Source: Candidatus Heimdallarchaeota archaeon (GTDB taxonomy: Archaea > Asgardarchaeota > Heimdallarchaeia > Hodarchaeales > Hodarchaeaceae). From it: DNA of 64,000 nt. The number at the start of each line of letters is the position of its first letter. Position 1 is the stretch's first letter. Of the stretch, positions 30,542 to 40,100 are shown piece after piece. The translations under genes and the position numbers were made by a program. The DNA lies in contig CP070695.1 of assembly GCA_020353515.1 (NCBI GenBank), forward strand, positions 2,390,966-2,454,965, written 5' to 3'. A model generated the notes under the pieces. It was given only the letters and a program-made list of their open reading frames with translations. It had not been told where the DNA came from and made no database searches.

Positions 30542-30790
30542 CTAGTAAAAATAAAATACAGGCCAATAAACAATAGAGGGCAACCACGACGAACCCCTAT
30601 AACCATGAGCACGAAATTTTGCATCTATCTTAGGATCCAGTTTTGCTTTGACCTCTTTTAAGATGACCCCCATTCCATCAACCTGAAAGAATTCATTTAC
30701 CTTTTCTATAAGTGAACAAGAGTTGAGATCTGACTTCAATGACGTTGGAATATCAGACTCACATGTTTTTAAATGAAGTTTTGGTTGCAT
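30542..30790 (-). CDS. Hypothetical protein
   Basis: 82-aa ORF; no motif recognised. Confidence 0.35.
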   Translation of the reverse strand: MQPKLHLKTCESDIPTSLKSDLNSCSLIEKVNEFFQVDGMGVILKEVKAKLDPKIDAKFRAHGYRGSSWLPSIVYWPVFYFY

Positions 30791-30949
30791 GGACTTTTGT
30801 CCCGTAAGAATAGATATTCATTAATTGTTGATCAAACAAAATTTCAGTAATCAGTAGATAGAGTGCTTTGTAACAATTCTTCCTTGAATTTACTCCATTC
30901 TTAAGTTAATGAAGCTGAAAATAGTACTTAGGAAGAAAATTCGATAGAT

Positions 30950-31192
30950 TTAACCAACTTTTGTCTCAGCAAGTCGAATGTCATCAGCTTTAATGGTTTT
31001 ACGACCTGAATGACCCGCAATCTCTACCGCGTACTTAGCGATTTCCATACCTCGGTTAGCGATAACCTCATTCAGACTAGCGATAGCATCAGCTGAAACC
31101 CGAAATGCTCCCGCATCTCTAATGAGTTTTTCGACACGCGCACCTGCAAAGCCAGTTTTCCCTTCTGATTTGGCTGCTTTCTTTTTTGGCAT
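30950..31192 (-). CDS. Archaeal histone with a Lys-rich N-terminal tail
   Basis: Histone fold ARVEKLIRDAGAFRVSADA...AGHSGRKTIKADDI; tail MPKKKAAKSEGKTG. Confidence 0.95.
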   Translation of the reverse strand: MPKKKAAKSEGKTGFAGARVEKLIRDAGAFRVSADAIASLNEVIANRGMEIAKYAVEIAGHSGRKTIKADDIRLAETKVG

Positions 31193-31256
31193 TTTTTTCC
31201 CTTCAATTCTTCAAATAGAGTCAATTAATCACGTTCATAAAAATAATCCAGCGTTC

Positions 31257-31264
31257 TTTATAAA
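31257..31264 (-). promoter_or_regulatory. Putative TATA box of the histone gene
   Basis: TTTATAAA about 65 nt upstream of the histone ATG, within the 88-nt gap. Confidence 0.4.
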
Positions 31265-31280
31265 TTTAACCTCTTGTATC

Positions 31281-32552
31281 TTAGAATGGTTCAATTGTAA
31301 AAGGGGGTTGATCAGTACTGAAAAGTTTATCTAGTAATTTGAGAAATCTTGTATCTGATAATTCAACCAATCCATAATTATAAAGTTTTGAGAGTCCAAC
31401 AGCACCCATTATTAGACTGGAAAAACGTGCAATATCAATAGACATTTCAACCTCGTTGTCTTCTTGGGCTGAAATCACCTTTGGTTTTCCTTTTTGAAAA
31501 TGAATGATATATGATCCATTATTTTCAGGTATAAAAGTATCTTGAATGGAAATTTTTAATTTAATGCTCTGACCCCCAAAACAATGATCAGATAAAAGCG
31601 AGAAGAATTTAGTTACATTAATCACCCTGTACATAATCCCTACTCCTTGGATATTGCTCTCTTGAAAGATATGAAAGATACTCTCATTACCACGGCTACG
31701 TGGTTCCTTTAAAAAATGATGAAAATCGTGATCATGAGTATTGTAAAGGATTCTATGAACTTGATCTTGCTGAGTGGCTAGAAATGTTAGGAGTCCACGA
31801 AAAGCTTTAGGTGATTCGTAAATAAACTCCATGATATGGATATTATGTTGAAGCCAACTCCCTCCTTCTACTTTTCTTATTCGAAAAGCGAGATAGCCAA
31901 TTAATCTCTCATCTTCCCGATAGCCAATGACTTTCATACCGCTAAGCATTTGGTTAAAAGTACTACTACCGTCTGATCGTAATATCATTCCATGAGTTGA
32001 TGTCGCATATCGATTAAAGCACTCTGAAAGGGATTTAGCGTCTTCTAGTGTTAAGTATGAAATATTGTCCTTTTGGGTTACAGAGAGTGATTTCGGTTCA
32101 AAACTGTATTGATTCATCTTATTTCCTATTCCATACCCCATCTTTGCATAAAAATCTGGCCGAAACGGGTATAGACACGTTAAGCAATATCCACGATCAT
32201 AATAATGATTATGAGCAAATTCCATTAATTCTTTAGAAATATGCTCTTTTTTGTGCAAAAGATCAACACAGACCTCTCCTATCCCCCCACAGTCCACAAT
32301 TTGGTCTGTATATAGATTTATCTTAAAATCATAAAGAATTATTCCGCCCACTAATGTGCTATCCTGAAAACAACCATAAAAATTCACAGCTGCATTTTCG
32401 TTATTAGTTTTAATCCACTCTTCTATTTTCTGTCTCTTCATTTCTCCTGTAAATTTATCTGGTACCGCACCAGGATAAGCCCCAGCCCAGATTTCTAGGA
32501 AAGAGTTAAAATCCTTGTCCACTAATTTTCTAATAACTCTCTTTTTCTTCAT
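31281..32552 (-). CDS. Eis-like GNAT acetyltransferase (tandem GNAT + SCP2-like domain)
   Basis: IGEVCVDLLHKKEH, LYPFRPDFYAKMGYG, MYRVINV, D.FIPENNG, C-terminal Phe (IEPF). Confidence 0.9.
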   Translation of the reverse strand: MKKKRVIRKLVDKDFNSFLEIWAGAYPGAVPDKFTGEMKRQKIEEWIKTNNENAAVNFYGCFQDSTLVGGIILYDFKINLYTDQIVDCGGIGEVCVDLLHKKEHISKELMEFAHNHYYDRGYCLTCLYPFRPDFYAKMGYGIGNKMNQYSFEPKSLSVTQKDNISYLTLEDAKSLSECFNRYATSTHGMILRSDGSSTFNQMLSGMKVIGYREDERLIGYLAFRIRKVEGGSWLQHNIHIMEFIYESPKAFRGLLTFLATQQDQVHRILYNTHDHDFHHFLKEPRSRGNESIFHIFQESNIQGVGIMYRVINVTKFFSLLSDHCFGGQSIKLKISIQDTFIPENNGSYIIHFQKGKPKVISAQEDNEVEMSIDIARFSSLIMGAVGLSKLYNYGLVELSDTRFLKLLDKLFSTDQPPFTIEPF

Positions 32553-32580
32553 ATCTTTTTCAATCCTGTTTTTTTGAATC

Positions 32581-33240
32581 TTATGAGAATATTACTCCAT
32601 TTTCCGTTATCATTGTAATAGGATCGCTCAATGCTGCTGGCAGAGTTAAAGCAAGTGTTTTTTCTGTTTGTTCCTTCTGAAAATGATGAACATGCCCTGC
32701 TACTAGAATTGCAGGTTGAAATTGATCAACGAGCTTTCTTACTTTTTTGTTACCACAGTGTGGAACCATTTTTGTATGAAAAGGATCACTACATTGATCT
32801 GCTAAACCAAAGGCTGGTTCATGGGAAACTAAAACATCAAGATCCTTTGGAATAGACGCTGGTTCATGTAAATAATCAATACCAAAGAAAAGTAATCCTG
32901 TTAATTCTTTAAGTCGGTCAAGATGTTCATTTAGCCAGAAAAAGTTGTGAATTCTCTCGAGCTTATAATGTAGTTTTTCTTTCCCCCAGGTTTCTTTGTT
33001 TCCCTTTATACTAAAAAATGGCAATGGGAATTCAAAATCGTCCTGTTTAGGATATTGATGATAATTAAAGACATCTCCACAACAAATACAAAGATCAACC
33101 GTCTCAGCGACTTGAAATAACCGGGTGAAATTGCCCTCAAAATCAGCACTAAGAAGGATTTTCATTACAAGTTCCCTATGAAAATTGGTCTTCAATACAA
33201 TCATAACAAAGAGTAATTTTCGCATCATCTTTCTTCTCAA
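32581..33240 (-). CDS. Calcineurin-like metallophosphoesterase (start probably MKILL at about 33165)
   Basis: SADFEG, CGD, KGNKE, SHEP, AGHVH. Confidence 0.85.
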   Translation of the reverse strand: MRRKMMRKLLFVMIVLKTNFHRELVMKILLSADFEGNFTRLFQVAETVDLCICCGDVFNYHQYPKQDDFEFPLPFFSIKGNKETWGKEKLHYKLERIHNFFWLNEHLDRLKELTGLLFFGIDYLHEPASIPKDLDVLVSHEPAFGLADQCSDPFHTKMVPHCGNKKVRKLVDQFQPAILVAGHVHHFQKEQTEKTLALTLPAALSDPITMITENGVIFS

Positions 33241-33778
33241 TGATCTTAGCGCATTCTGTACAAAACAGTTTCAAGCATTCTGAACATTTCATTATTCCAG
33301 GTTCGTTTTTACAGCGTTGACAGTAATACTCTGAGGAGTCCTTTCCTAATTTTGATACGAGCTTTTCTAAGATTTTTTTTATAGTTTGAGGATCCTTAAT
33401 TGCACTAGATTCAACCCAAAATTGTTCAGTGAAGTTAGAAAAATCATCTTCTAACAATTTAGAAGGAAAGAAGTCTTGCAGTGAAGAAGTCTCAAGAAGA
33501 TCAAGATCAATCCTCAAAGTCGCTTTTGGAAAGATAAAAACATATTTCCGACCTTTAATCTTTATTTCTAACAACCCAATTAATCCTGCTTCTTCTAATG
33601 CAGTTAAATGGAAATCAAGTCCTGCTCTTTGAAGACCAAAGTGAGTGATTAATTCAGTTTTGATTAAAAATTCTTCTTTTGTGATATAATCAAAAATTTC
33701 TAATCGTTTCTTGTTAGAAATTGCTTTCAGTATTGTTTCGAGAGAAATATCAGATTGCATACTGGTACACATTGACAT
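33176..33778 (-). CDS. ArsR-like wHTH protein with a C-terminal 8-Cys zinc finger
   Basis: LKAISNKKRLEI...DFHLTALEEAGLI; C-x2-C-x8-C-x2-C-x4-C-x2-C-x14-C-x2-C. Confidence 0.85.
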   Translation of the reverse strand: MSMCTSMQSDISLETILKAISNKKRLEIFDYITKEEFLIKTELITHFGLQRAGLDFHLTALEEAGLIGLLEIKIKGRKYVFIFPKATLRIDLDLLETSSLQDFFPSKLLEDDFSNFTEQFWVESSAIKDPQTIKKILEKLVSKLGKDSSEYYCQRCKNEPGIMKCSECLKLFCTECAKIIEKKDDAKITLCYDCIEDQFS

Positions 33779-34014
33779 AAAGCTTGAGATTCTAATAATT
33801 CAACGATAGCTATATTAGATATTTTTTTTATTAATTATTGGTTTATCTCAGTAAAAAAGGTAAATTGACAAACCATAGTAAAAGCTGTTCACATACGTAA
33901 ACTTTTTTTTACTGTTTCATTAAAAACCTAAAAATTACTTTACCTGTTTCACTCTCTATACAATAATTCTTTTTACAGTCAAAACTTAAATGTTCTTATT
34001 TTAGAACTTAAACA

Positions 34015-34716
34015 GTGAGAAAAATGAGTGAACCAATTGTTGAAATCGATTCTCTTTCTAAGGATTATCAAACTGGTGAAATTACCGTCCGTGCTTTAAC
34101 TGGTGTGGATTTACAAATCGAAAAGGGGAATTTTGTAGTGATTCTTGGGCCCAGTGGATCTGGAAAAACCACGCTACTCAATTTAATTGGTGGTATTGAT
34201 GCACACACAAGTGGATCGATTAGAGTTAATACTAGAGAATTAACTAAATTAACTGAAAAGCAACTCACTGAATTTCGTAAAGAAGATGTTGGCTTTATTT
34301 TTCAATTCTACAATTTAATTCCGACGCTTACAGCTGTTGAAAATGTGGAGTTAGCTGCGCGACTAAGGTTTCCACGTCGTATAGCATATGAACGATCTAT
34401 GAAGATGTTGAAGACTGTAGAGATGGATGATAAAGCCCTAAAATTTCCATCACAACTTTCAGGGGGAGAACAACAGCGTGTGGCGATTGCACGCGCCCTT
34501 GTAAAGGAGCCAAAAATCGTTCTAGCTGATGAACCAACAGGGAATCTTGACACAGAAACAGGGGAGCGAATATTAAAAGAAATGCTAAGAATTTGTAAAG
34601 AAGAAGGAACTACCTTCCTAATTGTTACTCATAATGTCACAATTTCAAAACTCGCAGATTATATAATATATTTGAAAGATGGACAAATTTTTGGTACATC
34701 AAAAGGTCAATCATAA
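34015..34716 (+). CDS. LolD/MacB-type ABC ATPase
   Basis: [33 protein letters not shown]. Confidence 0.95.
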   Translation: MRKMSEPIVEIDSLSKDYQTGEITVRALTGVDLQIEKGNFVVILGPSGSGKTTLLNLIGGIDAHTSGSIRVNTRELTKLTEKQLTEFRKEDVGFIFQFYNLIPTLTAVENVELAARLRFPRRIAYERSMKMLKTVEMDDKALKFPSQLSGGEQQRVAIARALVKEPKIVLADEPTGNLDTETGERILKEMLRICKEEGTTFLIVTHNVTISKLADYIIYLKDGQIFGTSKGQS

Positions 34717-34733
34717 AATGAGGAGGGTCAATC

Positions 34734-37160
34734 GTGTTACTACTACGAAAAGTGATCAGAGATCTTAGGAAGAATAAAGCTCGTTCCTTACCTATCATCA
34801 TTCTGATTTCAGTTAGTCAGGCTGCTAGTATCCTCTACATCGAAGTTGGTGTACTTATGGATGCTAGCTGGCAACAATACTTTCAAGAAGGAAATGTCGG
34901 AGATGTTTGGATAGATACAATTCCCATATCTCCAACTGTTTTCAATCAATCAGTTCTAAATAAATGGCAACAGATATACTCAATTAAGACAATCCAACCA
35001 AGATTATACTTTAAAGGGCATCTAATGGTACTTAATAAGAAGGTACCAGTTGAAATTGTCTCATTACCAGCAAATAATTCAAACTCAGTTAATAGTATAA
35101 TAACAAAAGATAGAAGTTACTTTACGGATTATTCTGAATTTAATGGTGTCTATATTGAACAATCATATCTAGAGTTTCATAATCTTGAAAATATTAAAGA
35201 AATACCACTCACGATTGATTTTGGCACACACTCAAAAGATCTGAATCTCACATTACTGGGAGGAGCTTTTAGTCCTGAATACCCAATGAAAGCAGGTGAG
35301 GGAGGATCTCAACAACAATTTGAGTTTTCAGCAACGTTTGCACAATATTTGACAATGAGTATCTTCCTAAGAACTGATTATCTACAAAAGGAATTATTTC
35401 AAGGCCAAGAGATTTATAACCAAATTTGTATTTCTCTAACTGATAAAAGTGAAATAAATTCTTTTATTCAATATTTACAGACAGATGAATCACTTCTGAA
35501 TATGTACACTATAGACATAAAGAAATATCCGGCTTTAATTGAGGATATGGCTTTTATCATGATTTGGGTTGGATTTGGAGTAGCATTTTTCTTTCTTCTT
35601 ATATCAATATTTCTAACCTATACTGTAGTTAATCGGTTTATTGACGAACAAAAACCACAGATCGGAGTTATGAAATCATTAGGATATTCGAATGGCTATC
35701 TCTTAAGAAGAAATTTATTTTATGGGGTTGTTTTAGGATTTATAGGTTCCTTTTTTGGGAATCTTGTTGGAGGATGTATTGGGATAGTCATAGCAGATCT
35801 TGCGCTAGGGTCATGGCTTTCGCTTCCATATATTGTAATTACCTTACCCACCAAAGAATTCCTCATATTGCTTTGCATTACCATTATGATTTCCATATTT
35901 GCTTGTTATGTCTCTGCTCGTAGAATTCTTAGAATTTCCCCTCGGGCTGCTATTCAACCAGTCATTCTTGAAAGAAATATTACTACATTTATTTTAGAAG
36001 ATATTTTTCAAAAAATATTTCAATTTCGATTATCTGTACCCGCTAAATATTCCATTCGTAATGTTTTCATTAATCCTAAACGTACATTAGCAACAATTAT
36101 CTCACTACTCATGGCTGTTGCTCTTGTTGGTGGAGTATTAACAATTGTTGCTAGCGTTTTTGAGGGAGGGTCTTTAATGTTTGAATCTGAAAATTGGGAT
36201 GCTCAGATCACTCTTACAAATGCTCAACAATATTCAGAGGTTAAATTCGATATTCTAAATCAAATTCCAAATCACGAATCTATCATTCTGGAACCTATGC
36301 TAATTGATTTCGCTAAAATAAGAGAATCAACAGATAATAATGATATATGGACCAAAATCACCTTTACAGCTCTACCTCTGAATCATAGTTTAATAATCCT
36401 TGACTCCCTCTCAACGGGATTCTCTAGCGAAACATCAGTAATGATTTCCTCAGACCTTGCTAAACAACTAGAGGTTGATATTGGGGATCAGTACACACTA
36501 CTTGGACGAAATGGAACACAACAGACCGTTGATATCCAAATAATACTACCACAACACCATGTTTCTAGTTTCTATATCCCAATTTCTCTAGGAAATTACC
36601 TGTCGTTTGGAAATAGTACAAATCAGATGGTAAATGGCATTCTTCTCGCAGGACTGGCATCTGAAGATGAGATTACTCCATTGAGTAGAAATTATTCCGT
36701 CATATTGAAGTCTGATCTGATAAAGCAAACAGAGTCTTGGTATATGATGATGAGCTCAATCCTATTTGGAGTACTCTTCCTAGTCCTTATAATCGCTGGT
36801 ATGATCATTTACTCGATTATGTCTATTAGCATTGCAGAACGAAAGGATGATCTCACCATTATGCGATCACTAGGTATCCATAATAAGAATATTTACCTCT
36901 GGGGAATGTTGGAAGTGCTGATTTATTCGCTATTGGCAAGTGTAGGATATTTTATTGGATTCTACATATCTGCCTGGTACATGGACATCCTACAGCAACT
37001 CATGCAACAACCACAAGGCGTTTTCAAATTGTCATTCACTCATTACCTATTAGCATTGAGCTTTGGATTTGCAGCAGCAACACTGGGACAATTCTTGGCT
37101 CTTCGTTATGTGTTAAAACAGAGAATTGCTCTAGTTACAAAAGAAAAGATGTTTGGTTAA
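34734..37160 (+). CDS. FtsX/MacB-like ABC permease
   Basis: EQKPQIGVMKSLGY, ERKDDLTIMRSLG; 8 TM helices. Confidence 0.9.
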   Translation: MLLLRKVIRDLRKNKARSLPIIILISVSQAASILYIEVGVLMDASWQQYFQEGNVGDVWIDTIPISPTVFNQSVLNKWQQIYSIKTIQPRLYFKGHLMVLNKKVPVEIVSLPANNSNSVNSIITKDRSYFTDYSEFNGVYIEQSYLEFHNLENIKEIPLTIDFGTHSKDLNLTLLGGAFSPEYPMKAGEGGSQQQFEFSATFAQYLTMSIFLRTDYLQKELFQGQEIYNQICISLTDKSEINSFIQYLQTDESLLNMYTIDIKKYPALIEDMAFIMIWVGFGVAFFFLLISIFLTYTVVNRFIDEQKPQIGVMKSLGYSNGYLLRRNLFYGVVLGFIGSFFGNLVGGCIGIVIADLALGSWLSLPYIVITLPTKEFLILLCITIMISIFACYVSARRILRISPRAAIQPVILERNITTFILEDIFQKIFQFRLSVPAKYSIRNVFINPKRTLATIISLLMAVALVGGVLTIVASVFEGGSLMFESENWDAQITLTNAQQYSEVKFDILNQIPNHESIILEPMLIDFAKIRESTDNNDIWTKITFTALPLNHSLIILDSLSTGFSSETSVMISSDLAKQLEVDIGDQYTLLGRNGTQQTVDIQIILPQHHVSSFYIPISLGNYLSFGNSTNQMVNGILLAGLASEDEITPLSRNYSVILKSDLIKQTESWYMMMSSILFGVLFLVLIIAGMIIYSIMSISIAERKDDLTIMRSLGIHNKNIYLWGMLEVLIYSLLASVGYFIGFYISAWYMDILQQLMQQPQGVFKLSFTHYLLALSFGFAAATLGQFLALRYVLKQRIALVTKEKMFG

Positions 37161-37175
37161 AGACAAATTCCATAT

Positions 37176-40100
37176 TTATTGAATAATCGGTATTTCCTCT
37201 CGAGGGATGCTCTCTTTAGATACTAAGATATTTACTTCAGGACTACTTCCTACCCAAAGGGCTTTGTATACTACTTTTGTCTTAACCTTAAGAATCTTGA
37301 AGATGTCTAATGCTTCATTAAGAATTAAGGGTGGTAGATCTCTTAATTTGTTTTGAGCAAGAGACTTATCAAAAAGGTTTATTTGGGCTTGAGGATCTTC
37401 GATATTAACATCTAGATTAGATTTAATAATTACCAAGCGTTTAAGTGCATTTAATGATGATCTAGAAATATTCTTACTTATTGGATCCCCCCGCTTTATT
37501 CTCTGTTCAATTTCCTTTAAACGCTGACAATCTATCAGGAAGGGGGAAAGAAGAGTTAATGGGAAATGCTGTTTAAACACTTTTTGTGCAATAGGGCCTA
37601 CAAAGCTTTCTTCCACAACCCCCAATTCAGGTAGAGATATCTTTTCTTCAAGACCTCTTGCAATAGCGATAAATGTGGACTTAATGTATTCTGGGGGTTT
37701 CTCTTTCAAAAAGAGGAAAATTCTAAATGAAGGGGAAGAAATAATCTGGATTTGAACCTTATTCTTCTCAATAACGCTTGTTTTAATATTATCCTTTGTT
37801 TGATTATCAAATAAATCGGAGTCTGTTTCAATGAAGTAATTGACGATATCTGATTGAAATGATTCTAAAAAGGTATCGATCCCAACGGAAAGACCGCTTA
37901 ATACATCCTGTATCGCATTGCTTGATTGATACATAATATTGCTGACGCTATAGACAGGGAGGCCTACAGCTGTGGTCGCTAGGATCACATAAGTGTTCAA
38001 TATGGAATCTAACTTCTGTTGAAATTCACTGATATCAAATAACTTCTGTTTTTTACGTTTTTGATAGGTAGTTGAAACTAGATAAAACAGAGATACAACT
38101 AATACCGTAACCACAACTGTTAAAATGATAGCTTCTATAAGAAAGTCAAACAAGGAAGGAGGAGGTAGGAGGAAAGTGTAATCCTTACTGATTGAATTCT
38201 TCGAGTGATAAACTGAATCATACACCTCGATGAACCATTTAAAAGTAACTGTTCTGGTAAAAGACAACTCAGTTATATGATAGGTTTGATTAAAAGTCAT
38301 TAGAACTCTATTAATGTGTAAATCTGACCCAAATCCGCCTGTATTTTCTGGAGAAGTGAATTCATAGTTCAGGTACACTTCAGAGACTCCTGAACCCCAA
38401 TCTGAAACATTAACCCAAAAAAGTACTGTTGTTCTGTTAATCTCTTCAATTCCAGCCAAATGGATTATTGGTTCCCACCAATCAAACATCTGACTTGAAT
38501 TAGTGTATATACTTGCCTCATAATAACCCTCAAGGACTCCATAATCAATTATTCGCATATAATAAGAGAAATTATGCATATATTCAATAGGTAACATAAA
38601 TGTATAATGAATCTCGTTAGATATCATCCTCGTTTCAATTAAAATCCATTTGTCAAGGGTATTATCTATCACTGATAGTGTTACATTATGCGAGTTGAAT
38701 GGATCATGAATCTTACACCAGAATAAGATTTCTCCGATATTTGATACTGATGCATTTATTCCATAGTTCACCATTCTTGCGGGTTGAAAGTCGGATGTCT
38801 TCTGATTAATCTCTCCTATGCTTAGGTTATTGAATGCCTTATCATATAACAAAATGTTGTAATTAAAGGATTGATTACAATCCATGGTAATTGAATGTAT
38901 ATAATGTGTTCCATTATAATGCATTTTTGCAGTTTTTGTACCTAGATTTTTTCCATTAGGGCAATTTATTGTTAGATTGACTCCATCAATAGAACCAAAA
39001 GGGTCAGAAGCTTCAGCCCAAAAAATAAGATGACTCTGATATTGATTCAGAGTTGTGTTTCTATAACCAAAATTATTACAAATTGGATCTGTTTTATCAT
39101 ATATCACTACTTCTTGTGGTGTCGTATAATCATAATTTTCACTCTTATCAAAGGCAGTAATATAATAATAGAATGCAATTCCAGGTTCAAAACCATGGAT
39201 TGAGTAAGTATAAAAATTCCCAGAATGATTCCACTGCATAGTTTCAGTTTGATGGTGTATATGAGTATAATCCAAGAGTACAGATGAATTATCATCAAAT
39301 AATCCACTACCATCGTCTATTACTTCAGCCCAGATTGTAACAGTCCCATTCTGAAACACAATTGCATCTGTTCCTTTAATTTTAGGAGGAGCATGATCAG
39401 AAGTTGTTATAATTTTAATAATGTCTCCCAGATTCCCTGCGTTGTCATTTACCCAGACTTTAATTTCCACTTCTTCTCCAAATGGAAATTCATAAGATGT
39501 TTTATAACGATAAAAAGTATCGTATTCCATTTCTATTGTTATATTGTTCCCTGAATACGCAAAATTAATGTAGAATGAATTGTTTACATAATGAGTATCC
39601 CCAAATGGATCGATTGCGTACGCAAAGACGGTGATCTCGCCATCTTTCTCTGTAGAGCTTTCAATTGAATATATAATCTCTGGAAGAACTGTATCAGACA
39701 ACGTAAAGTTCGAGGCTTGATTAATTCCAGGATTAAACCAATTCTGTGTTGTATCAACTGTGGATACATAATACCAAAGATTCTGTAAATTGTATTCAAG
39801 TGAATAAACACGAACAAAATATGTAATATCAGATACTTGATACATTGAGAGATTAGTCCATGAACCAAAATAATTCTGTGTATACAATAAATATGCAGAG
39901 GTATCATTAAAAGGCCAATCAGTAATTTCAGCAAAGAAGTCTACTGTACCATTTCCCCAGTCTGTTTTCCAATAAGAAGCGATTGGTACTGAATTATCAT
40001 GTATAATGAACGGTCCCCGTGTTTCAGATGAATTCGGGTTGTTAGCATAATCTGATACAGTAATCCAATAATAAATAATATCATTGTATTCAAACTCAAA

